A DNA stretch of 38,937 nt from Anaerolineales bacterium Chloro_02 (lineage in GTDB: Bacteria; Chloroflexota; Anaerolineae; Anaerolineales; Anaerolineaceae). The DNA lies in NCBI GenBank assembly GCA_001603765.1, contig LUZV01000032.1:1-38937 (forward strand), written 5' to 3'. Made by a program: the position numbers and the translations under genes. The notes under the pieces are model-generated. The model worked only from the letters and a program-made list of their open reading frames with translations, searched no databases and was not told the DNA's origin. Shown piece by piece: positions 27,642-35,003 of this stretch; within the stretch, counting starts at the first letter, position 1; every line of letters begins with the position of its first letter.

Positions 27642-28039
27642 TCCTCTTCCTCCACCAGCGTCCAGGCTCCGCTGATCGTCAGGTTCGCGCTGAAGGTCAC
27701 CCCGCCGTCCAGTGGGGCAGCTTTGCCAATCGATGTGATCAGCGCGTTTGCCGAACGGACAGGGTCCCCGTCCTCTTCCTCGGTCACCGTGATCAGGGTG
27801 TTTGCGTTGAACGCAGCCACTAATGCCAGGTAAGCCGCGTCAGTTGGAGCGTATAGCGATTCCAGGGATAAGGTCTCTTTCAACCGTCCCACAGAAACCC
27901 TGCTCACGTCTTCATTCTTGCAGCTCATGTCGATTTCGCTCCGCTGCGCGTTCCAGGTGTAACTGCGCTGACAGGCGACCAGTGTCGCTGTTCCCGCCAC
28001 GTCCACCATCAGCATCAAATCAGAACCATTTATGGCCAT
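27638..28039 (-). CDS. Major tail (tube) protein, paralog 2
   Basis: 133 aa, roughly 60-65% identical by hand alignment to the upstream gene. It has an EEEE tail. Confidence 0.7.
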   Translation of the reverse strand: MAINGSDLMLMVDVAGTATLVACQRSYTWNAQRSEIDMSCKNEDVSRVSVGRLKETLSLESLYAPTDAAYLALVAAFNANTLITVTEEEDGDPVRSANALITSIGKAAPLDGGVTFSANLTISGAWTLVEEEE

Positions 28040-28054
28040 CTTTCACATCCTCTC

Positions 28055-28447
28055 CTACAGCGCGAACGCGCCGTCAATCGTCAGGCTGGCGCTGAAGGTT
28101 ACCCCGCCGTCCAGTGGGGCGCTCTTGGACATCGAGGTGATAAAAGCGCTGCCTTTGCGTTTGGTCACGCCGTCTTCCTGTTCAGCGATCTTGATCTTCG
28201 TGCCGGCATCCATTGCGCCTTTCAATGCCAGGTAAGCCTCGTCGGTCGGCGCGTACAGCGATTCCAGCGAGATCGTCTCTTTCAGCCGACCTCCTAAAAC
28301 CCTGCTCACATCCTCGTTTTTGCAGCTCACGTCAATCTCACTGCGCTGCCCGTTGTACGTAAAGCCCCGCTGGCAGGCGACCAGCTTGTAATTGGGCGTG
28401 GCGGTGGCTGAAGTGTCCACCAACAACATCAAATCTGCTCCATCCAT
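28055..28447 (-). CDS. Major tail (tube) protein, paralog 1
   Basis: 130 aa of TP901-1/Phage_tail_2 size. Its position after the tail terminator is typical for a tube protein. Confidence 0.7.
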   Translation of the reverse strand: MDGADLMLLVDTSATATPNYKLVACQRGFTYNGQRSEIDVSCKNEDVSRVLGGRLKETISLESLYAPTDEAYLALKGAMDAGTKIKIAEQEDGVTKRKGSAFITSMSKSAPLDGGVTFSASLTIDGAFAL

Positions 28448-28449
28448 CT

Positions 28450-28893
28450 CTAATCCTCCGATAAGCTAATTCTTAAAGTTACAATGCGTCCGTATACTTC
28501 CAGGCTGTCAGTGCTCATAGGTCCGGAAGCTGAAATGCCATTCACCGCGAAACCGGACACGGTCAAAGCCGTGCGTTTGCGGTGGAACATCCGTCTCACT
28601 TCCTCCGCGATCTCTTCAACCTTCAGGTTGTCTCCGTCATTTTTTGTGTAAATGCGCAGATCACGAAGGACCTCTCTCCCATAACAATTTTTAGTGTCAT
28701 CAGGTCGGTCTCCTGGGATCGAGCCGCCAATGATGTAGGGCAATACCGCGTCTTTTGGGGCGGGATCCTGCATGAAGATCGCTGGCTTCTCAACGCCGTC
28801 TTTGCCCTTGTATGTCGCCAACTTGCTTGTTACCGCTGCGTTGGCCGAGAGCGCGCTGTAAAGCGGTGTGGTCAAATCAAGCGCTTTTGTCAT
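28450..28893 (-). CDS. Tail completion/terminator protein (DUF3168-like)
   Basis: Assigned from position and the pattern AIFMQDPAPKDAVLPYIIGG...RIYTK. Confidence 0.5.
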   Translation of the reverse strand: MTKALDLTTPLYSALSANAAVTSKLATYKGKDGVEKPAIFMQDPAPKDAVLPYIIGGSIPGDRPDDTKNCYGREVLRDLRIYTKNDGDNLKVEEIAEEVRRMFHRKRTALTVSGFAVNGISASGPMSTDSLEVYGRIVTLRISLSED

Positions 28894-29258
28894 CCTAATA
28901 ACTCTCCCATCTCGTTAGGCAGGTCTTGGATCAGAGTCGATCGCAGGTAGTTGGCTGCTGGTGCTGTCTCACTGCCGGTCTCGATGTAAAACCCTGTCAT
29001 TGGTTTAGCATCGGCCACGCCAATCGAGAGCACAACATCGTCTCCTTCGGTTTCAACCTGGTGCTCGATCCTTGAAGCCACAAAACGGCGGTAATTCGCA
29101 TCCCGCTTGTTGTCAGGATGACTGATCGCTCTCAGCCGACCTCTGGCGCTGTTGCGCATCCGGTAACCGACCATGTCCGCGTTTTTCGCGATGCGCGTTT
29201 TGTATTCACCGATCAGCTTTTCCGGTGTCCAGCTGTCCCAGTTGATATCTACGCTCAT
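28890..29258 (-). CDS. HK97 gp10-like neck protein
   Basis: Assigned from size and position between the head-closure and tail-completion genes. Confidence 0.5.
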   Translation of the reverse strand: MSVDINWDSWTPEKLIGEYKTRIAKNADMVGYRMRNSARGRLRAISHPDNKRDANYRRFVASRIEHQVETEGDDVVLSIGVADAKPMTGFYIETGSETAPAANYLRSTLIQDLPNEMGELLG

Positions 29259-29620
29259 TCCAGTCCTTCCATCTGTACACAGTCGATCTCAAGGTGCTCG
29301 TGTGCCAGGCTCGGGTCGTTCACGCCCAGAACCTCGATTTTCAGATCACCATAAACCACCAGATCGCCGCGTTTTATTTCGCTCCCGTCCAGCTCACCGG
29401 CTTTCGGGTTGCTGTAGGGGACGTATAGGATATGCGTCGTCTCCCGATCTTCCGAGTTGGCGACCACTTTCTCTCCGCCTGTCATCGGACGCAGCCTGCC
29501 AGAGATCACTCCCAGCAGCACTTCCGTCTCTGGCCATCCGCCGACATCGTTGCTTTCCCGCTCAATGCGGTAGATCATGAACTGCCGGTTCATCAAGCCC
29601 AGGAATACGCCACCGCTCAT
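29255..29620 (-). CDS. Head-tail adaptor / head closure protein (SPP1 gp16 / HK97 gp9-like)
   Basis: Assigned from size and position, with the pattern RQFMIYRIE..DVGGW...RLRPMTGGE. Confidence 0.55.
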   Translation of the reverse strand: MSGGVFLGLMNRQFMIYRIERESNDVGGWPETEVLLGVISGRLRPMTGGEKVVANSEDRETTHILYVPYSNPKAGELDGSEIKRGDLVVYGDLKIEVLGVNDPSLAHEHLEIDCVQMEGLE

Positions 29621-30216
29621 AACAGCTTGTACCTCAGGGTGTCTAAAAGCTCTTTTTCACCAGCCAAAAGGGTTCTGGCAGCTGAAGCGCCTTTTCCCGT
29701 GTCCGTGCTGGTGTATTCCCGCTCAAAAGTTACCGAGAAATCGCCCAGCGTTTTTGATGCGACACCTGGCACCCCCGCTGTTTCAGCAGAACGCTTCCCT
29801 GCCTGATAAACACGCGCCGCAACCCGCATACACACAATCCGCGCTACCTCAGGTGGGTGCTCATATCCATGCGTATAGGTGACCTCGATGTTTTCAACAC
29901 CGTCTGGCCAGCGCTGCCCGTTCAGGCGATAGACGATCCCTTTCTTCCGGTTTGTCTTGAAATCGGCGCCGTCAATCAGGCTGGCACCGTCAACAAGCAC
30001 GCTTTTTACCGAGACCACCGGCAGCTGGCTGAGATACAGCTTGTCGCCATAACCGCCGTCAAAGTATTCGACATCATCCTCAACCTGGACAATCTCCTGG
30101 TTGCAGTAAGCCTTGATCACAGCGGTTGCGTCAGTGATCGCTTGCACCGCGGATACATCCGAGGACGATATGTCTATCTGCAAAAATTCCGCGAGATCGG
30201 TTACCTGGCAAAACAT
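29617..30216 (-). CDS. gp6-like head-tail connector protein
   Basis: The N-terminus VTDLAEFLQID...AITDATAVIKAYCNQ is typical of the gp6-like family. Confidence 0.6.
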   Translation of the reverse strand: MFCQVTDLAEFLQIDISSSDVSAVQAITDATAVIKAYCNQEIVQVEDDVEYFDGGYGDKLYLSQLPVVSVKSVLVDGASLIDGADFKTNRKKGIVYRLNGQRWPDGVENIEVTYTHGYEHPPEVARIVCMRVAARVYQAGKRSAETAGVPGVASKTLGDFSVTFEREYTSTDTGKGASAARTLLAGEKELLDTLRYKLL

Positions 30217-30218
30217 GT

Positions 30219-30482
30219 TTACTTCTTCCCTGTAGCCTTGGGCTTTTTTACCACCCCCTCGGACTGTCTTTCCACCCCCTCTTTAGAGGGGGATAAAGGG
30301 GGTGTGGGCAGGGGGGTGCTTACAGCCTTATCTTCTGCCGGCCTGAGTTCCTTGGTTTCAGCTGGCTTCACAGACTTCGTTTCAACCGCCTTCAACCCGA
30401 GCCTTTTTCCTTCGCCTTCCGGCAGCAAAATCCCCTGCCCTTTCTCTTCGTCCAACCAGAATTCCATCAGTTTTCTGTCCAT
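30219..30482 (-). CDS. Small Lys/Pro/Glu-rich head-module protein carrying repeat copy A
   Basis: An 87-aa ORF between the capsid and connector genes. Its C-terminal half is the repeat-encoded TPLPTPPLSPSKEGVERQSEGVVKK. Confidence 0.5.
   Translation of the reverse strand: MDRKLMEFWLDEEKGQGILLPEGEGKRLGLKAVETKSVKPAETKELRPAEDKAVSTPLPTPPLSPSKEGVERQSEGVVKKPKATGKK
30251..30318 (-). repeat. G/C-tract hairpin repeat, copy A (in frame)
   Basis: CCACCCCCTC occurs twice. The hairpin is CCCCCTC-ttta-GAGGGGG (30275..30292), followed by GATAAAGGGGG and CAGGGGGGTG. Confidence 0.7.
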
Positions 30483-30496
30483 CTTTTTTCTCCTGT

Positions 30497-30521
30497 CCGG
30501 GGCGGGTTTACTCCGCCCCGG
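30497..30521 (-). promoter_or_regulatory. GC-rich 9-bp stem-loop just downstream of the capsid gene
   Basis: CCGGGGCGG-7 nt-CCGCCCCGG in the 59-nt gap after the capsid stop, with no U-tract. Confidence 0.45.
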
Positions 30522-30541
30522 CTGTAATCGAACAAACGTTG

Positions 30542-31822
30542 TTATGTGCCAGCGGTTGTAATCTTTACAAACGCCTTGGGCTTGATCACGCCGAATGCGG
30601 CGCGTACCTCACCCAAAACGGCCAGCAAATTGCGGACAAAGAAGTCCGCGTGGCTGTCGCTGATGCTGATTGAGGCTTGCTCACGGTCCCATAACACTGC
30701 TTTTTTCCAGTTAGCAAGGTAACCAGTCTTGGCAGTCAGCCCGAAGTATTCCACCACGGGCACCCGCCACAGTGATTTTTGATAGGGCAGGTAAGGCGCG
30801 GCGCTGAAAAGAGCCAACTCCAAGCCTTCCCAGTCGCTCGGTGAGAGCACAAACGCGGTCGGCTTTTCATTCCCGTTTGTCTTCAGGTTTGTGATTGCCT
30901 TGCGGCTGGTGGTCAGCAGGTCGGTGGCGAATGCCTGGGTCAAAATGCCCGTAGTGCCGGCAATACCCGCAAATTGCGGGGTTCCACTCCCCTCAAGGAT
31001 CATGTCCTCGATTTCCTCATTGAGCGCGTCCCGCAGTTCCTGGTTGATAATGCCCCGCAGCTGCGCGGCATCAGCCATAGCCCGTTTTGTAACAGGCAGC
31101 CACACTGCGATCGTTTCCACCAAAGCGGTCATTCTCGCGAAGGTCATTGTGCCTTCGGGTTTATAGCCGCCGCCGGCGTTAGGGGTGACGGTGCTTGTGT
31201 AAGCCAGGGGGTCACCTGCAGCAGTTGTTACCACTGTCGGTGCGGCACCGGAGGTTGCTTCTGCCACTGCGGCAGCCTGGGTGATCTTTGCGGTCTGCAC
31301 CACAAAATCGACCGCGTCACTCTCGGTCTGTCGCACACTGATCAGGTCTCGGATTCCAGGTTCTTTGTAACCCAGCCGGCCGTACTCGCCAGAATCTTCA
31401 TTCTGGATAAACGCGCCGGCAGAGGTGTCTGAAAGACCGGTGATCACTGCCTTGCTTTCCAGCGGCATCTTTACCTGGAAGGATGGTGAGTTCAATCCCT
31501 TGGCACTGTCAGGGATGCGCCCGTCCGGCGCAACTGATTTCAGCCAGGTTTTGAATTCTTTGGACTGGACAAACTGACTGCCCAGATCAGCGGAAACATG
31601 ACTCTTTTTGTCGGGTTCCTCACCGCGGATAGCCTCAGCTTCCAACTGCTTGATTTTGTTCTGCAGCGCGATGTCATCCAAACCTTGTTTGGCTTCTTTG
31701 ACCATGTTTTCAGAGCGATTGCGCTCATCATCGGTCATGACGCGACCCTCGGCAACTGCCTTTTCAACAATTTCGCGAGCATCGGCAAGTAAAGTCTTAA
31801 ATTTAGTGTCGTTCATTTTCAA
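30542..31822 (-). CDS. HK97-family major capsid protein with N-terminal delta (scaffold) domain
   Basis: About 110 aa of coiled-coil N-terminus, then an HK97-fold-like body. It directly follows the prohead protease gene. Confidence 0.85.
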   Translation of the reverse strand: MKMNDTKFKTLLADAREIVEKAVAEGRVMTDDERNRSENMVKEAKQGLDDIALQNKIKQLEAEAIRGEEPDKKSHVSADLGSQFVQSKEFKTWLKSVAPDGRIPDSAKGLNSPSFQVKMPLESKAVITGLSDTSAGAFIQNEDSGEYGRLGYKEPGIRDLISVRQTESDAVDFVVQTAKITQAAAVAEATSGAAPTVVTTAAGDPLAYTSTVTPNAGGGYKPEGTMTFARMTALVETIAVWLPVTKRAMADAAQLRGIINQELRDALNEEIEDMILEGSGTPQFAGIAGTTGILTQAFATDLLTTSRKAITNLKTNGNEKPTAFVLSPSDWEGLELALFSAAPYLPYQKSLWRVPVVEYFGLTAKTGYLANWKKAVLWDREQASISISDSHADFFVRNLLAVLGEVRAAFGVIKPKAFVKITTAGT

Positions 31823-32813
31823 ACTCCATTTCTGTAATAGTGATTAGTAGTTCCATATCCTTTGGATCAACACCGCTCGCGTTATCGTCTTCTACGACCT
31901 CCGCTTCAGTTCCTTCCTTAGGTTCAATCGCTTCCTCGTCGGAAGCGGATTTGATAATTGTGGTTTGGGTGTTGTTGCCGGCACCAATCAGCACCGGGCT
32001 CACCTCGTAAACATCCAGCTCTTCCAGATGCCGGATTTCGTCGTTGCCGATTTTCCTGATTGACCTTTGCAGCACGTTGAAGCCGTAGCTCCACTCCTGC
32101 AGCTCGCCCAGGTTCTTCACTGTTTTGTAAGTTTCCATTCCGCCGGTCGTGTCCAGGAAGAATTCACCATCCACCCAGGCTTTTTCTCCGTCTTGATGGA
32201 TCACACCCCTTCCCACCGGCAGCGCGTCCCAGTTGTGCCCCCAGGCGGCAATTCTGACGGCCGCCCCGTCTTTGAATGCGCCAGCTACCGTTATGTCGCC
32301 TTGCTTGTCAACTTCGCCAAATCGGCTGAAAATCGCCTGAAAAACGCCGCTCTGGTCGCTGTCGTCCTTGAACTCAATCGTTGTTTTGAAAGATTTCTTT
32401 TCCATTGTTTTATTCCCTTCTTTTTTGTTTGCGTCGAACCAGCGGTCAATATACTCATGCCATTCTTCTGGTCTGCCGTCCTGGTCGCAGCGGATATGCG
32501 CTTCTTCCCGGCTGATTTCGATTTCAACCAGTTCAGCTTCAAATCGCTTTACCAAAACTTGCGCTTTTTCTTTACTCCTGGCACCTGTGATGATCCAGGC
32601 GTCCAGTTCCGGATGTAATTCGATTGTTTGATAGACTTTTTCAACCAGATCCAGCATCGCTCGGGTGAGTTTTTCCACTCGCACCTTGCTTGGCATCCCT
32701 GAAATTGCTTGATATATGGCGTCATAATCGCAGATCAGATCGCCTTCCTTGGCATTCTTTTGCACATACGTGCTTTTGCCGGAACAGGGTGGACCCCAAA
32801 CGATAGTTCTCAT
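31803..32813 (-). CDS. P-loop NTPase/kinase-like domain fused in frame to HK97-family prohead protease (S78)
   Basis: aa 1-136 carry a Walker A GPPCSGKST and a Walker B-like LDAWIITG. aa 137-336 carry FQAIFSRFGEVDKQGDITVAGAF...WGHNW..PVG...EWSYGF...EVSPVLIGA. An internal ATG at 32405 is preceded by GAAGGGA. Confidence 0.75.
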   Translation of the reverse strand: MRTIVWGPPCSGKSTYVQKNAKEGDLICDYDAIYQAISGMPSKVRVEKLTRAMLDLVEKVYQTIELHPELDAWIITGARSKEKAQVLVKRFEAELVEIEISREEAHIRCDQDGRPEEWHEYIDRWFDANKKEGNKTMEKKSFKTTIEFKDDSDQSGVFQAIFSRFGEVDKQGDITVAGAFKDGAAVRIAAWGHNWDALPVGRGVIHQDGEKAWVDGEFFLDTTGGMETYKTVKNLGELQEWSYGFNVLQRSIRKIGNDEIRHLEELDVYEVSPVLIGAGNNTQTTIIKSASDEEAIEPKEGTEAEVVEDDNASGVDPKDMELLITITEMEFENERH

Positions 32814-34801
32814 TCTTTAGCTCTCCCATAAACCAGCGAGCATTGACAATACGCCACCTCACTGGCTCCAGCTCGATAATCTCCTGGCCACATCGCCCCG
32901 TTGGGGAACGTGTCTCTGATTCCCACGGTTACGCCGTTCAGCGCTGCGTGGGTGTCCCTCGGGTGGCCGCTTCTGGTAACCCAGGTCTTGGTTTTGATCA
33001 ATCCGCTTTTTTCCGCGACGTCATATTCCGCGAAATTCTCCAGCTCGTGCACTCTGAACATCACAAATCGCAATAAACCGCTGGCCAGCAGTGCCGCAAA
33101 GACCTTCTTCACGGCCTCCAGTGGATCTTCACCACCCATTACTTTTGCCAGCTGTTCATACGTGCTTCTATTCAGGTTTTCCGCTGCTATCCGCGAGTTG
33201 GTTTTCAGGAACTCTTCCATCCATTCAGGGTTGTACGCAAACGCCAGCTGACTGGCAAAAGCTCTGGCGTATGCCCCTGCCGTTGTTTTTGAAAGCGCAA
33301 AGAAATCCGCCGAGACTTCCCTGTTCCATCGTTCCTCATCCCACCATAGAGGGAGACTTTTCGCGCTTTTGATCAGCGGCAATACGGCGTCCCGCTGCCT
33401 GGTAAGCGTTTTGCTGACCAGCTCGGTCCAATCCTTCACCGCTTCTTCAGTGATCTCCGGAAATTCAGGCTTCACCGTGAAACCCGCTGCCTTCTTCCCC
33501 CCCTCTGCTTGCCTTTCAACCCCCTCCACGGAGGGGGGCAGGGGGGTGGGTGCTGTCCTGTCAACCGACTTCCCGTCATTCGGTTCCTGATAGGTCGCTG
33601 GCGTGCTCATGTTCAGCGGCGTCACCAGCTGATCAGCCTCAGGGCTGTCAATCCTCGGCAGGTTCATCCGTTCCCTGGCTTCGTTGGCAGTCATGTAGGG
33701 CACGCCCACAGCCTGGCGGAAACTTGCTGTCTGCTTCTCAAAATCACCCTGCAGCTTCGCTTCAATGTTGAATTCAACGTAAGCGCCCTGCATGTCCGGA
33801 AATTCACTCAAATATTGCGTGTCAAAGTCATCCTGCACAGATCTGAACAGCGGACCCAACACATCGGTGTAAAGGCTCTTGTTTTGGCTTTCGATGTTGT
33901 TAAAAGTTGAACGCTCTAAGATCCCCACCATTGGCGGCGGGATGTGATAAGCTCTGGCGCACTCTTCCCGCGTCAGTTTCCGGCTTTCGATGTACAGCGT
34001 GTCCTTTGGTGCCCAGCTGATCGGCTTGAACTGCATCCCCTCTTCCAGCACCGCGGTCTTGCCTGCATTGTCCTGACCGGAATAAAGCGATTCCCACTGC
34101 GCCCTGAAGTTTGCCCTGGCTGCGTCACTCCAGTCATTAGCTTCTGGCGGCCGTTCAATCACCCCGCCAATTCGGGCAGCGTTCTGCCAGAACTTAGAGG
34201 AATACTTTGTGTTTTCGTGCTCCTCTGCCAGAATCTCGCGCAACCCTTCCAGCGGCGAGATGCCGTAGGTGTTGTTGTGCGGGTTGTAGGTCCTGAAGTG
34301 GATCACCTCGCTGGGTTCAATCTTCAGCTCACTTTTTCCCAGATTGACTCGGTAAAGGGTCGGGGTCAAAACGCCTTCCACACTGACCAGCATGTAAGGG
34401 ATCCGCAGCAGCCCCTTGAGCTTGTTATCACCATCCCTGATCTTTAGCAGGTACCCATTCCCGCTGACAAACATGTCAGAAAGCACCGATTCCAGCATCT
34501 TGTAGGTTGTGACCTTGTTGTCATTCGGCAGCGGCCGTTTCAGGATCTGCACGGCTTCATGCTCCCGCAGCCTTACCCTGCCGTTGTCTTTGTCGCGTGT
34601 GTACACGTGCAAGCCTGGGTGCGCCATATTGCGCGCCAAAAAGTCCACACAGATCTTGACGTTGTTATGCCTGCGGTACATGGCTTCATAATCCAGCGTG
34701 TAATCACTGTACGTGTCAAGGCTGATAAAGCCTCCGTTCGTTGGCCACCAGCCAGCTGGCAGGGACGAGAGTGTCGCTTCAGAGATGATCGTGCTACCCA
34801 T
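32810..34801 (-). CDS. Portal protein (HK97 family) fused to a Mu-F/SPP1 gp7-like minor head domain
   Basis: The N-terminal ~410 aa are portal-like. The C-terminus THAALNGVT...WPGDYRAGASEVAYCQCSLVY carries the Phage_Mu_F signature. Repeat copy B forms the linker. Confidence 0.8.
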   Translation of the reverse strand: MGSTIISEATLSSLPAGWWPTNGGFISLDTYSDYTLDYEAMYRRHNNVKICVDFLARNMAHPGLHVYTRDKDNGRVRLREHEAVQILKRPLPNDNKVTTYKMLESVLSDMFVSGNGYLLKIRDGDNKLKGLLRIPYMLVSVEGVLTPTLYRVNLGKSELKIEPSEVIHFRTYNPHNNTYGISPLEGLREILAEEHENTKYSSKFWQNAARIGGVIERPPEANDWSDAARANFRAQWESLYSGQDNAGKTAVLEEGMQFKPISWAPKDTLYIESRKLTREECARAYHIPPPMVGILERSTFNNIESQNKSLYTDVLGPLFRSVQDDFDTQYLSEFPDMQGAYVEFNIEAKLQGDFEKQTASFRQAVGVPYMTANEARERMNLPRIDSPEADQLVTPLNMSTPATYQEPNDGKSVDRTAPTPLPPSVEGVERQAEGGKKAAGFTVKPEFPEITEEAVKDWTELVSKTLTRQRDAVLPLIKSAKSLPLWWDEERWNREVSADFFALSKTTAGAYARAFASQLAFAYNPEWMEEFLKTNSRIAAENLNRSTYEQLAKVMGGEDPLEAVKKVFAALLASGLLRFVMFRVHELENFAEYDVAEKSGLIKTKTWVTRSGHPRDTHAALNGVTVGIRDTFPNGAMWPGDYRAGASEVAYCQCSLVYGRAKE
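33497..33552 (-). repeat. G/C-tract hairpin repeat, copy B (in frame, portal-MuF linker)
   Basis: CCCCCCTC...CCCCCTC-cacg-GAGGGGG (33520..33537), followed by CAGGGGGGTGGGTGCT. It encodes APTPLPPSVEGVERQAEGGKK. Confidence 0.7.
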
Positions 34802-35003
34802 TCAGCACCTGCATAAAATCGACATCCGCGGTGAATATCAACACCTCACCGTCAACCTTTCGGGTGTGGCCGTTTTCGTGCAGCACCGCATCTCGCAGCA
34901 CCAGGTAATCGCCCCGGCGTTTCCAGAGCACTCCCTGGAAGGCTTTGTCGGATTTCAGGTTCACGATCACCTTGCGCACAATTGCATAAAATCCAAATGT
35001 CAT
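34794..35003 (-). CDS. Small protein with Sm/LSm-like sequence pattern
   Basis: 69 aa: KVIVNLKSDKAFQGVLWKRRGDYLVLRDAVL...DGEVLIFTADVDFMQVL. It is coupled by ATGA to the TerL stop and overlaps the portal start. Confidence 0.55.
   Translation of the reverse strand: MTFGFYAIVRKVIVNLKSDKAFQGVLWKRRGDYLVLRDAVLHENGHTRKVDGEVLIFTADVDFMQVLNG

Noticed and set aside
28429-28440. 12-nt match (TCAAATCTGCTC) to the tRNA-Pro T-arm/acceptor region, considered as a possible attR
   Set aside because: It lies inside the start of a major tail protein gene in the middle of an intact operon. It is too short and is flanked by unrelated sequence, so it is most likely chance.
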